DNA of 64,000 nt from Callorhinchus milii (GCF_018977255.1 NW_024704743.1:39806001-39870000), one strand, 5' to 3'; counted from the stretch's first letter, positions 37,886 to 50,815 are shown. Numbers and translations: made by a program. The notes: a model not told the origin generated them from the letters alone.

Positions 37886-38739
37886 TAATGCAGTATAAAC
37901 TTTCAGAATTGGAATACCTTTACTCAGTAATCCTTTTGGATAAAATTACTAGAGGTTAGCATGGCTTCAGTTCTTGAGTGAATATGAAAAGTTAGTGGCT
38001 TTGTAAATGTTTCTTGCTTGTCACCTAGTGCATGTTGCATAAACTTTACTAGGGAGCAACACGACTTCCAACAAAACTTCCAGGTCTTTCAGGTGTCAGA
38101 GGCAATTTCAATGTGGGTTTTCTTTCTAACTGTAGTAATTATTTTCAACAACTATGGTACAGTAGGCTTCAGGCATCAAATGGATGTTTTAGAAATTACC
38201 ATTTAAGTGAGTTTGTCATGGTAGAGAAATTAACAAATAAATCTACTGTAAGTTTGTCTTTTATTAAGGCAAACACATTAAACATTTATAATATTGTTTC
38301 ATTTTTAATTGAAAGTATTGATAAGCACCTTAAATACATAATTATTTTAGGGTGTCAGTCCATCTTTCCTCAACAACCAATTTTGCACAAGATTCCAAAA
38401 CATATTGTCTCAAAAGGAGGTGATTCATATTTCACTCTGAAGATGCAGGTATCTATTGTGGATGCAAGTTTATTGTTCTTTATATAATTTAGCATGAAAA
38501 CAGTACAAGATCAAATTTTAGAAATGTTATGTGTTTACAAAGCTAAACAGTGTAATAGTGGTTGCTTATGCGTGGAATATAATATACATGCTCTCAAAAT
38601 ATCTGAACTTGCAAAACAGGCGTTTCCAAACAGTTTTGTTGGTAACGTCACAGGAGTGAATAAGACTAAGCCATAGAAACCCCAAGGGTACTTTTTCGGG
38701 ACTGAGTAAATTCCCATACTGAGTAAGTTAATGTAGTCA

Positions 38740-38968
38740 TGGGGGCAATAAGGGAGCTACTGTTGACATCAAAGCCCTTGAACTGAGGTGTGATAAATCA
38801 GCCAGGGCTCCCACTGTTTATTGTTACCCAGTAGCTGAAAATTGCAGGCATGTGGACATCAGGCAAACGTGAACTGGATCAGGCTCAGCTACAATGCTGC
38901 CAACATTGATAGATCCTGCCGACATTCATCTAACCTTGTGCCCAAATACTGTCCACTTTGTAAGGGTT
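38740..38968 (+). mobile_element. AmnSINE2-like ancient SINE fragment
   Basis: aaatcagccagggctcc..tgtggacatcagg..ggatcaggctcagct..cctgccgacattca resembles my recollection of the AmnSINE2-type consensus. Confidence 0.45.
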
Positions 38969-39039
38969 AATTCAATTTATGTCCCTGCAATGAAGTAAGG
39001 ACCAATAAATTCTTTAATCAATTGATATTTATTAATAAT

Positions 39040-39162
39040 TCGCTGCCGCGTTTCACCTACAAATATACAATCAATTCACTTTACAGCATATTCTGTGAAG
39101 TGCTTTGAGACGTCTAGAAGACGTGAAAAGCACTATATCAAATGCAAGGATTATTATTATTG
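39040..39162 (+). mobile_element. Deu SINE 3' fragment
   Basis: gctgccgcgtttcacc, then a tail with the loop acgtc-tagaa-gacgt. Confidence 0.85.
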
Positions 39163-39229
39163 TAAGTTATTAACGAAAATGCATATCAAAGTTACATGGT
39201 TCATCAAATCAATTAATGTTTACGACAGG

Positions 39230-39700
39230 TTAGTAAAGTTCACCAAAATGGGTTGATCAGATCAATTTTGTGGCTTTGATGTTGGAATTGGCCTGTTAAT
39301 ATGCATTGATCCATGTTAATTGTAGTATATCCCTCTTTCCTCGAATTTAATTGTAATTAGCTGCTCCATTCTCTGTTCTCTGATATAACCCAAACAATCT
39401 GATTCTTTATATCTTTTTGGTCACATACCCTAGTCTGATCAATGTGTTGTTGGAAACACTAGCTGAAAACCAAGGACAAACTTTATCAAAACTCCAACAG
39501 CTTGTTTCAAAACATTCTTTGTCCCACGATGATTTTGAAGAAAACATGCTTCCACCATTCTTGGTTTTCAAGCAAATACAGTTTTCCTGAATAAACCCAT
39601 GAGTCTCTATGATTTTTCTTTGGTCAACCCTTTGGTCAACTCAGGCAATCCAGAATTCTGAGATTCTGCTTACAACTTGGAGCAGATACCAGATAGTGAC
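39230..39700 (-). mobile_element. Very old CR1 RT remnant
   Basis: The reverse strand gives HGFIQ (~39590-39603) and FDKV (~39478-39490). Confidence 0.4.
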
Positions 39701-39987
39701 ATCATGCACCCATAAGAACATAACATAAGTACATATGAATTGCTAGATGAAAAAAGGTTCATCTAGTTTGCCTTGCACATTCCTGGCAATTGCATGTACA
39801 TATGTCCCGAACTATCCATGTACTATATCCCGTAATGTTATTTGCTAAAGAAAACTATCTATGAGAACATAAAAAATTCTAGATGAAGAAAGAACAAGGT
39901 CCATCTCGTCCATCTACACCCATTGAAGTATATTCTAAGAAGAAAAAACCTATTGAGTAGAAGAGGGGAAAAATTGAAGGAGGAAAA

Positions 39988-40464
39988 TGTCACTAGGTTG
40001 GTACCAGGAATGAGGGGAGTGAGTTATGAGGATAGGTTGAGGAATTTAAGCCTATATTCTCTAGAATATAGAAGAATGAGAGGTGATTTTATAGAAACCT
40101 ATAAGATTATTAAGGGGCACGACAGAATAGATAGTGGGAGAGGTTGGAGAAATTATAACCAGGGGTCACAATCTTAAAATTAGGGGTAAGCCCTTTCACA
40201 CCGAGTTAAAGAAAAATTTCTTCACTCAGAGGGTAGTGAATTTATGGAATTCTCTACCCCAAAGGGCTGTGGATGCTCAGTCCTTGAACATATTCAAGAC
40301 TGAGATTGATAGATTTCTTGTGGATAAAGGGATTAAGGGATATGGGGATAAGGTGGGTAGGTGGTTAGAATAGATCAGCCATGATTATATTGAATGGCTG
40401 GGCAGGCTAGAGAGGCCGAATGGCCTACTACTGCTCCTAATTCTTATGTTCTTATGTTCTTATG
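39988..40464 (+). mobile_element. CR1-clade LINE 3' fragment
   Basis: TRLVPGMRGVSYEDRL..RMRGDFIETYKII; NFFTQRVVNLWNSLPQ; (ttcttatg)3 tail. Confidence 0.93.
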
Positions 40465-40465
40465 T

Positions 40466-40796
40466 TTGTGAATCCTGTAGCTTGCTGGTTAGAGTACTCG
40501 CCTCGCAACCAAGAGACCTGAGTTCGATTCCCAGCAGGGTGAAACTTTGGGCAAGTTTCCTTACTCCACACACCTCTGTTTACTGAGCAGTAAGTAGGAA
40601 ACCAGTTGTTAGTCTATTGGCCGATTGCTTTTCCTGGGGTAAAAATTCCATCAAAAAAATAATAATAATTGGTCATGCAATTCACGTCTGTTTGTGGGGT
40701 ATTGATGTGTGCAATTGGCAGCCGTGTTTTGCCCACACATATACAGTCAATTCACTTTACAATATATTCTGTGAAGCGCTTTGCGAGTCTAGAAGA
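40466..40796 (+). mobile_element. Long-subfamily SINE, tail truncated
   Basis: Head, internal segment and Deu core. Confidence 0.88.
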
Positions 40797-42321
40797 GGGG
40801 GTGGGGGTGGGGCGAGTATTTCAAAACAGATTTTAATGTCTTTCCTTAAACATGTCTATTCTAAATGTCTTTCGTTAAACACAATTTGTCTGAAATACTA
40901 TAATATTGAATCCCATGAAAAAAAATCAAATAGGTATCTATAAATTCACCCATTACTAACATCTATCATTCATTCCATTTTCAGTAAACCTAATGCACAA
41001 AGATCTTTACCATCGTTTCAACCTTGTACTTGATGTTTCTTCACAACATATTTAGACATATTGCATTGAATTTTAATTGTCTTACTCTTAAATGTTACAT
41101 CTGCTTATGCACTGTTCCCTAAGAGTACATTTACTTGTGCTGCCAAGCAGTTATTGGCAGGGATTGCATAATGGGAGGGCTTATTAATGGAGGATGTAAT
41201 GTTTTTCTATTGCTTCTGATTCTCCTAATACAAATTAATTGTACAATATTGAACACTGTTGTGCCTTTGAACTGAAATACTGTCACCGAAACGAGTGTCA
41301 GCAATTCAGTACAATGCACAATGGAGTTCAATACGATGTAACATGCACACTACCAGATGCTATTTGTAATGACATTAAGGACATGCAGTATACATTATAC
41401 TGGAGGAAAGGTCAACGCCTAAAGATGTATAAAAGCCCAATGGCTGATATCATCATGAGAGCAATCTCAGGACTGCTTGATATTTCCAAGCACCAGCCTG
41501 CCATGGCCAGGCCCTCTCAACCTGTGGCTTAACAACTTGCTGACATCCTTGAATGATTGCTACTTAACCCTTTCTGTAATCAAACTGCAATTGACAATCA
41601 GCGCAACTGCTTGATGTGTGCTGACAGTGTACGTTCCACATACAAACTGAACAAGAAGGTCATCCTAATCAAAAACAAATAGCCTGGCCCTGGAACTTTG
41701 AATGCACACCTAACAGCATTTCAACCTTGAGAAGAAACAATCTGACCTTTGGAAGCTGTGCACAATAGCAACTCAGAGTTTTTCTCAAGCAAAAATGAAA
41801 CAATTTTCACATATCAATGTCTTAATTTAAGCACCAGCACTAAAATAACAATCAGAACCTAGTTGGCATTATTGCTAGTCTATTGTCCCAATGAGGCCCA
41901 GAACTATTGTAATGCATTTTAATGATGCAAAAGAATATGACATCATACACTGGAGACAATGACGGTCGCACCTCTTCCAGTCTGAGCTTTTCATTCTTAT
42001 TTTGACAAATGTCACAATGCTATCTACAACAGAAGGAAGGACAAATGCAAGGACAAGTAGAGGGAAAAAAAGCAAGCAAGTTATCCGAGCATGGTTGAAC
42101 TGCAAACATTTCTCAGAAAAAGAATCAATGATCTGAAACAACTTGTGGGAAAAAAATTGAGTACAATGCTTCAAGATAATGGGTTTCCCCACAAGATATG
42201 CTGTGAATTCACTTCACAGTATATTCTGTGAAGTGCTTTGAGACGTCTCGAAGACGTGATAATGCCCTATTTCAAATGCAATGATTATTATTACTATAGA
42301 AAAATACAGAATTTGTAGTTC

Positions 42322-42617
42322 TTTGTAGAGTTTGTAGAACAGGGCAAAATAATGTGCAAGTTTCCTTACTTCACAGCCTCTGTTTACCTAGCAATAAGTA
42401 GGAACCTGGTTGTTAGTCGATTGGCAGATTGCTTTTCCGGGGATAATAATCCCTCAAAAAAATAATAATTTGGTCACTTAATCCACGATTGTTTGTGGGA
42501 CACTGCTGTGTGCAATTGGCTGCCACATTTCACCCACAAAATATACAGTCAATTCACTTTACAGTATGTTATGTGAAGCGCTTTGAGACGTCTCGAAGGA
42601 TTATTATTATTATTATC
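42322..42617 (+). mobile_element. Long-subfamily SINE, head mostly deleted (a separate tail lies at 42200-42297)
   Basis: cctctgtttacctagcaataagtaggaacctgg..gcttttccgggg, Deu core, (TTA)n. Confidence 0.85.
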
Positions 42618-42917
42618 TTCCGTTTGTACTTGAGGGTGAAATATTTACACTTGAGTTTGAAATGTATGGTATATCTTTTATTACATTCTCATTTTCCATT
42701 CAATTTCCCACTATAATAAAAGCAGTTGGAAAACACTGAATAAATGGAACTCACTCAGAATGCCCAAAATTATCATTAAACTCTCTAAAATATAAGAAAA
42801 TGTTTCTGAGGTAGAATAGTTCTTGGTTGTATTTTACTTGCTTTTTGCGATTTTTCTTTCCAGAATGACATCTGTAGCTGTTTCCCCTTCAGTTACACAA
42901 ACAAATTTTAAAAAATC

Positions 42918-43280
42918 ATTTTATTTGATATAATGCTTTCCATGTCAGGAGGATGTCACAAAGCACTTCACAGGAATTATTGTAGTTTGGTGACTGTGTA
43001 CTTTGTAGGTGAAGAATGACAGCCAATTTGTGCAGAACAATGTCCCACAAACAGCCATGAAGTGAATGACCAGTATTATTTGGGGGATTGTTGGCGAGGA
43101 CAACAGGAGAAACTCCCTTCTCTTTTCAAATAGTGGCATGAGATCTTTAATGTCCAGGACCTCAATTTAACATCTCCAATGGTACCTTTGACAATCAGCA
43201 TTCCCCAACACTGTATTGTGAGTTCAGAATCCCACAACCTTCTAACTCAGATTCAAGAGTGTGACTAATTGAGGCAGAGT
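42918..43280 (-). mobile_element. SacSINE1-like SINE
   Basis: Reverse Deu core, tcaaatagtggcatgagatcttt and a tRNA-like head. Confidence 0.78.
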
Positions 43281-44067
43281 GAAACTTGCTCATGTTACTG
43301 TACATGTGCATAAAATTAACCATTTTATTTGCAGTTACGTTCAAGCTAATGTTACATTTACATCAATTCAGTAAGCGTGCAATGCATAATGAGTTACTAG
43401 CGCATAAAGCTGTGTTCCACCAATTCTCTATCTCCTTTCATGCATCAGTAGAGGGATTTGACTATTTATCTTTACTCATTCCCTTGAGTGTGCATAGCAA
43501 TGAAAGTTGATTCTCATGACACTGATGGTTGTTAAATTAAGACCTTGATGATGTGTGACTGAAAATAAAGTCTAACTAAATCTAGTGGATCAGGATTGAT
43601 TAATTCTCTGGCTATACCAACTATTAAACCAAACAAGTATTATAATTGTACCACTCTGTTAAATCTATTCTGTCAAAGGAAAACAAGTGTTATTACCACA
43701 TAGAGTAACTGCTATTTTATACCTTGATCAACTACATCTGTATGGGCGACAGATTACCATAAAAACTATAATTTAGTGTATTCTGTAACCCAAGATTCTT
43801 CCCAGTACTCACTATATGATAATGACACCATGTGACTATTATTCAGAGGTTGTGACGACTTAAAAGAGATGCAAAATAGCTTATGTGGGATAGAAGGAAA
43901 AAATAGAATCAGCACTGCCCTCAAACCCTTTTTATGAAATGTGTACACATTTGTCAGCTTGGAAGAGCACTGGATTGATATAAACTTGAGAACACTGTTA
44001 GACCATAGGAATTGGTAGCAATGGGAGTTTTCTTAACATAATCCTAAAGGGCTCACATATACAACAA

Positions 44068-45212
44068 TAGAAACATAGAAATCTACAGTGCAGAAGGAGG
44101 ACAATCAGCTCATTGAGTTCAAGGAGATCAATTCAATCTCACTGCCCTGCCTTATTCCCATATCCCTTCAATTCCCTCTCTTTTGTATACCACCCTACTT
44201 CCCTCTTTAAAGCTGCAATGAGCTTCACCTCCACCACCCTACTGGACAGGGCATTCCACATCCCAACCATACTCTTGGTGAAAAAAATTCTCCTAATTCT
44301 TTTTCACTGTTCTTGTGGCTATACTATAACTATTTCCACTAGTCAGTGACTTCCCTATCAATGGAAATAACTTCTCCCTATTTAGCCTGTCAAAACCCTT
44401 TAGAATTTTGTACACCTCTATCAGCTTATCTCAACCTTCTCTGCTCCAATAAAAACAGTCCCAGCTTCTCCAGTCTCTCCTCATGGCTGCAGCGCTTCAT
44501 CCCCACAATCATTCTCCTAATCTCGATCCAGTACTTTTGCAACCAAATCAAACTTAACATCATTGCTTAACTTTGTTCTCTATTCCCTGTGTATAAAACC
44601 CAGCATGTTATTAGGTTTCTGTAACACTGCAGCTTTTTAGAGTTCAAAATCCTCATCCTCACCATCAAAGCCCTCCACGGCCTTGCTCCTTCCTACCTCT
44701 GTGACCTGCTAACGCCATATCAACCTGTTTGTGCCCTCAGTCAGCAGGCTCTGGCATACTCCATGATCCCCACCCGGCCCGTCCCACCATCAGCAGTCAG
44801 GCCTTCAGCCTTTCTGCCCCCACCCTTTGGAATTCTATCCCACAGCTCGCTTCGCCTTGCTCCCTCCATTGCCTCCTTCAAGACACGTCTCAAGATCCTC
44901 CTCTTCGATCACATTTTCGGCCACTCTACCCTCCCTGCCTTCCACTCCTCCTTATCCCAACCCCCAGCTTGGTTCAAATCCCTGACTGTTCAGGGCCTTG
45001 GGACATCCTCCCAACGTGAAAGGCACTATACAAATGTAATTTGTTGTCGTTGTTGCCACTTGCAATGCCGTTATCAATGTTTTATGTGCCTGCACCCCCA
45101 AATCCCTTTTGCTCCTCAGTTACTTGCAAAATACTGTCATTAAATATATACTCACCTTGTTTTATTTTGCCAAAATGAATCACCTCACATTTTGCTTCAT
45201 TAAATTTAATTT
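44068..45212 (-). mobile_element. CR1 fragment split by an L2 (44068-44635 and 45057-45212)
   Basis: (atagaaac)n tail; reverse IFFTKSMVGMWNAL; resumes with tgcacccccaaatccc (reverse of RDLGVQ). Confidence 0.8.
44640..45056 (+). mobile_element. L2 (subfamily A) 3' fragment
   Basis: EFKILILTIKALHGLAPSYL..FKTRLKILLF; stem-loop and (ttg)n tail. Confidence 0.9.
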
Positions 45213-45929
45213 ACTGTAGATTTGTAGATATTGTAGATATTTAGATTGAAAAGATTATTGTCGCATAAGGTTGAGTTGCTAATTTAGAATTTCAGATTGC
45301 CAGACTTGTAATATCGTGGATCATGAATCCCAAATGAGGAAAATAATAAAAGCTTGGGGAAAGGGTAGGAGCTAATGCTGAAGTGAAATATATTCATCTC
45401 AAATCCATTCTATGTGCACTTATGGAATAGTTTGTGATATGTATTAACTCTGCTACATAGATTTTACAGTCTAATTTTTTTGTGTGCAACTGTAACGTTG
45501 GAGAATAAAACTACTGACTCCAGAGTTGATTATCAAGCAAACATTACTGGAATCTTCACTCTGAAATTTGAGGACTTATATTTATCATTTTTTTTCTGCT
45601 GACTTTTCCTTATGAAAGTATTGGCACTGCAGCTTTTAACACTACTTGTGGGTGCAAGTAGCAGAATTTGTTCAATCAAATATTGTCTTAATATAGTGAA
45701 CTAAAGCCACCAATTGAGCAAATTATGCGGATTTGGGCATATCCGACTAATTTAAGTCCATGCTCCAAATTTTAATACAGTGCATGCCTCTAGGATTATA
45801 ATTCACATTCAGACCAAGTTTATTAAAGTGGTGGTCGCAACTCATTGCTTTTTGAGTCTCTTTTTGATATCTGACTGAATCTGCAATGAAAATGCAAGTG
45901 TGCCCACCATACTGATACATGTTGAGGCA

Positions 45930-46142
45930 TCACATAGCCAGAGTGATACTATTCAAAAAGAGATGGTAGTTTCCACCAGTATACTCGCCAACAATACCCC
46001 AGATAAAGATTGGTCATTCACTTCATGGTTGTTTGTGGGATATTGTTGTGTGCAAATTGGCTGCCAAGTTTGCCTACAACTGCACAATCACTACATTTCA
46101 CAGTATATCCTGTGAAACATTTTGAGACAATGTAACAAGGTT
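45930..46142 (+). mobile_element. Old Deu SINE; its tail resumes at 46468-46500
   Basis: gtttgtgggatattgttgtgtgcaaattggctgcc; continues as tatatcaaatacaagg after the young insert. Confidence 0.65.
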
Positions 46143-46467
46143 TTAATAATAATAATAATAATAATAATCCTTGCATTTGATATAGCGCTTTTCACGTCGG
46201 GAGGACGTCCCAAAGCGCTTCACAGAACACACTGTAAAGTGAATTGACTGTATATTTGTGGGCAAACGCGGCAGCCAATTGCGCACAGCAATGTCCCACA
46301 AACAGTCGTAGATTGAAAATGACCAATTTATTATTGTTTTGTTTTTTAAAGGGATTATTATTAGGCATGTGGAGTAAGGAAACTTGCCCAAGGTTTCGCC
46401 CTGTCTGGAATTGAACTCAGGTCTCTCGCTTGCAAAGCGAGTGCTCTAACCACTGAGCTACAGGACT
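46143..46467 (-). mobile_element. Young short-subfamily SINE
   Basis: Near-identical reverse complement of 14857-15180. Confidence 0.93.
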
Positions 46468-46497
46468 ATTTTATATCAAATACAAGGATTTTTATAC

Positions 46498-46498
46498 T

Positions 46499-46529
<31 letters not shown>
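46498..46529. repeat. (ATG)n microsatellite
   Basis: Read directly; it explains the poly-Met ORF in the track. Confidence 0.95.
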
Positions 46530-46589
46530 GCCCGTGTAGATGTCTCAATAGACATTTCACTTGCTATTTGATCATACAAGAAGATAATA

Positions 46590-46882
46590 ATATGATAATA
46601 ATCCTTACATTTGGTAGTGCGCTTTACAGGTTGGGCGGACATCTCAAATACAATACAAAATTACAAGGCACTGGACAGTCAGGAATTTGGACCCGAGTAG
46701 GGGAGTGGGGGCTGGGTTATAGGTGGTTGGAGGGCAGGGAGGGTGCGGAGGGTGGCTGATGGCATAGTCGAAGAGGAGGGTTTTGAGACGTACCTTGAAG
46801 GAGGGAAGGGAGGGAGGGAGGGAGGCGAAGGGAATGTGGGTTGGAGTTCCAAAGGGTGGGGGCAGAGAGTCTGAAGGCCTCT
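46590..46882 (-). mobile_element. SINE tail plus L2 3' fragment
   Basis: ggagttccaaagggtgggggcagaga..ctgaaggcc, reverse of the L2 subfamily A end. Confidence 0.75.
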
Positions 46883-47347
46883 CAGTTCACAAGGTATACT
46901 GTAAAGTGCAGTGGCTGTGTATTTTATAGACAAAACACAGCAGCCAATTTGAACACAGTAAATTCATTTTCTCATATTTTATAATATATGAATAAAGGTG
47001 CCCTTTTATTATTTGATTGTTTTCTGGTTAGACTCAGTGATTTCCTTGCAATTCATTACAATTGTACAAGCTGATCAGGAATGGCCTGCTAAGCACTGAC
47101 ACATTCTTATGTTGAGAACTCACTTCAAACCAAAGGGTTCACAAGGACGTGCCACACCCTGAACTACTGTCACCACTGGCTTTGACATCATGTAAATCAA
47201 AAGGAAGAGGAGAAAGAAAGCACTTTCTTTTTGGTTTAGGCTGAGTCTAAGGCAGTGGATGAGGGTATGATCACAACACCACCATCACCAGAATCAGTGT
47301 CAAGTATTTATTTTAAGTATTAACAGTTATTTTCTGAGCTGGATATT

Positions 47348-47411
47348 TAACATTTCCTGGGCTGGGAAGATAGTGGTGAAACTTACTATTTTCCCATCCC
47401 GGGAAATGTTA
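47348..47411. other. 27-bp near-perfect hairpin
   Basis: taacatttcctgggctgggaagatagt / loop ggtgaaactt / actattttcccatcccgggaaatgtta; one mismatch and two G-U pairs as + strand RNA. Confidence 0.85.
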
Positions 47412-47698
47412 TTTCAGGGAACATCGCGGATGCCCCAACCTCGTGTACAAAATAATATTCCTAATTTACAACATACATTAATGGGATTCTTTAACCAGGA
47501 AAACAAGTCACATGATGGTGGAATGGTACATCCATGCCAACTTGCAAGAGATCCATTCGGACTTGATCTATTTATGGAGCAGAGTTAATTTGGTATTCCA
47601 GAAACTGGTAATTTTACACCTTGCTCTTTAGGTTAGTAAGTCCAACACAGGCCACAGGAGACTTCAATAATAACACAGAAACTTTGTACAACTCATTG

Positions 47699-47932
47699 TG
47701 TAATTTAGTATCTTTTTTTTGCTCAGATCAGTGTCTGACATATGTGGAAAGCCATCAACTTGCTTAAGAATATCAAAACCAAACTGATAGTATCATGTAT
47801 GCCACCCACATATGGGAATTCATGCATTTGGAAAAGAATGCACACTCTTCCCCAGAGGGATGCATCTTGCTTACCTAATTGCAGAGAGTATTAGGCACAG
47901 GTCAGCAAGAACCAAGGCTTGGGGACTGCCCT
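47699..47932 (+). repeat. Family X fragment (left arm of an inverted pair)
   Basis: Aligns to 50390-50597; its first ~125 bp are inverted at 48512-48637. Confidence 0.75.
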
Positions 47933-48179
47933 GTTTATCCTGTTAGCAATATGGACAACCGAGTGATAAATCACAATACATTTCCACATGTCTGAGAAAT
48001 ATATTTCAACTGAATTAACAGAAGACACATTTCTCATAAAATCAAGCATTTTTTGTGCAATAAAACATCTCATTGTTGACCTTCTTCATAGATGCACCAT
48101 CATTTGCAATATAAAATTGCACTTGCTGGGGCTCAGCTTTTAAATGAGCCAGTGGTAGTCGACAGTTCTCCAGCAATGT

Positions 48180-48295
48180 TATAATAATAATAATAATAAT
48201 TTGATATAGCGCCTTATCACGTCGTTGAGGCATCTCAAAGTGCTTCACAGAATATACTGCATAGTGCAGTAACTGCTCACTTCACAGGCAAAAAT
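48180..48295 (-). mobile_element. Deu SINE tail
   Basis: (taa)n ttgatatagcgccttatcacgtc..gtgcttcacagaatatactg. Confidence 0.8.
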
Positions 48296-48511
48296 GCTAA
48301 AATGAATCAACAATTTCTGAAACTGGTAACAGACTATAATAAGGTAATGAGTCAAAGATTTTAGACACCATAATGGAACATAGTTCTGTACCATTGAATT
48401 GAGGATAAGAGGACAATTGAAGATCTTGACCTACTTATCTTGAATTCCCAGGTTGTGGTATGCCTGACCATCCATTATTCAGGCATATATGATACACGTA
48501 ATGGTATCATT

Positions 48512-48637
48512 ACGTGAATTCCCACGTGTCGATGGCATGCATGATACTCTCAGTTTGGTTTCGATATTCTTAAGCAAGATGATGGCTTTCCACATATGTC
48601 AGACACTGACCTGAGCAAAAAAAGGTACTAAATTACA
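48512..48637 (-). repeat. Family X fragment (right arm of an inverted pair)
   Basis: About 11 substitutions and 1 indel relative to 47699-47824. Confidence 0.85.
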
Positions 48638-50374
48638 TTAATGGTAAAAGTTTCAGTTGCGATACAATATCTGTTATAAGAACATAAGAATTTGTTAGGT
48701 GAAATAAGACCATCCAGTTCACCATCTACCATCCTGACAGTTGCTTGACATGTCGTGTTTCAAACTATATAAGGGTATTACATCTTGGCTCTCATTTGTT
48801 CTTCATAACCTTTACATGTTGCTATAGGACATTCTAGATAACACCCTCCTCATTGTAACACTTGACTCCCTATTAGAGTGTGGTGGATTTTAACCTTTAC
48901 GTTGTCAATTGAAGGGTGATGGATTAAACTGTTAGATGTGGCTCAGTAAGCCCTGTGCAAAGAACAGTATACAAACTTTGTGAAAAACTTAGCTGATCAA
49001 GAACTAGTTTTTTTTAACATAACCTAATTTATTTATCTTTGCTGAACTGCAATTATCTCATACACATCTTGTTCAGGGATTGTCATCCAGATGTGATAAA
49101 CACTATGATTGGTTGATACGCTTGAGTACAGTTACTTACATGTTGGCTGCAAATGGGACATTTCTATCACCAGCAACTGACTGCACTAAATTTAGTTCAA
49201 ATCACACCATAACATTCACTGCCACCTATAAATGAAAAATGATTTTCTGAAGAAAACACTGAACAAATTCCATTTCTTTCTTGAATTAAGCAAATCATAG
49301 AAGTCGGGCGATTATCTTACTTACAAACATTGTTTAAGACTATTGATTTGAATAGGGCTCAATGTATTACAAGAGCACAAACCACGAGGAAGGATGTAAG
49401 CCAGAAAGAATGATAACATTCACAATGTTGGGATTGTAATTTAGATCAGATGATGTTTATTTTATGACTGTCTTTTCAGGAACCTGTCCTGTCCTCTTCA
49501 ATTTGTCATGTAAAATTCGGTAACATGCAAGCTAATATCCTATTGCTAGCACCAAAGTTTCAAATGAAAATTAATGTATACTACCTAATAAGGTGCCAGT
49601 TTACTTCTGTTTTCTGTGTGAGGATTATAATAAAAGTATTATTAATGTATTGATTGGTTGTCAGTAAATGAGGACAGCTCAGTGCTGTGGTTTTCAGGTC
49701 TGAAGTCAGTTCCGATTGCTTTATTCTAAGCCATATGCCATGCCAAATATGCTGTTGTCTTCCACTATTATCATCTCCTCAGCCTTGCATTTATATTCCA
49801 TTGCACTCAGACATCCCATCTGTCACTGATTTTTAACACATTTGAATTTTTGCATTAAGTTGGAAATTGCTTTGGCTCAGGGACACGAGCATCAGATATG
49901 GGCTGTCAAAAAATTCTCAACTCTACGCATGTTACAGAATAAATGGAATTTTTCACAGTAGAGCAAACATTAAAGCAACAAACCAGTAAGATTTTTTTTC
50001 GTGAGCTGCTGGAACAATGAAAAATGGATATGAGCCGCTTTCATTTTGACAGCTTCTCAGTTTGAAAACCTATTAGAACACCTTCCAAAGTTCAACAGCA
50101 CCATATTGTCTTCCGTGGTTTTGTGTAATGCAGGGCTAATAAACAATGTGTTTAGCCTAACCAGATGTGGTCTATAAAACCCTATTCTCCACTAAATCAG
50201 TGTTCAAAAGCTGCGACCCTTGAGCCAATACTGGAACACTGCAGTACAGGAATCTCTGATTTCATATTGGTAGCAGTGACAAGGAGATATGCCTCCAGCT
50301 CATTAAGTACGATAAACATTATTTGGACTCCAAATTGAACCCAAATCATCCAAATGTAGCCTCGCCACATCTGT

Positions 50375-50815
50375 ATATTTTGGGGGGGTCAGCTGCATGT
50401 CTGACACATTTGGAAACCCATCACCATGCTTAAAAATATCCAAACCAAACAGAGCGTTCTATGCACGTCACCTATACATAGAAATAACAATGTTTGGAAT
50501 GGATTGCACCCTATCTCAGGAGGGACCCATCCTGCTTACCTAATTTCTAATACCTGAGTGTTAGGCACAGGTTGGCAAGAACCAAGACTTGGGGATCCCA
50601 GTGTGTGCATTGAGGTACTGCTAGAGTTTAACCAGCTAAAACTGTATAGCTTGTCATTGATATTGGGGACTGGCAAGCTTTCCCTCTGCTTGTCTAACTA
50701 GGACCACCTTGCCCATTTGGACGTTGTCTTGCACGATTAACAGAAGCTGAGTTGGATGACTCCCTGTCCCACAGGTTTGGCCTGCCAAGTCCTACCAATG
50801 AGATACCTGATCTAC
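50375..50815 (+). repeat. Family X, longest copy
   Basis: Shares colinear blocks with the copies at 47699, 58145, 59307, 53445 and 9425. Confidence 0.7.

Noticed and set aside
47240..47303. Candidate exon AESKAVDEGMITTPPSPESVS
   Set aside because: Good acceptor but weak donors and an unrecognised peptide; it would need RNA-seq or homology support.
48535..48625. C/D box snoRNA or retro-snoRNA (atgatgg..ctga..ctga plus A-run)
   Set aside because: Box C is imperfect, I recognise no rRNA or snRNA guide, and the boxes are not kept in other family X copies.
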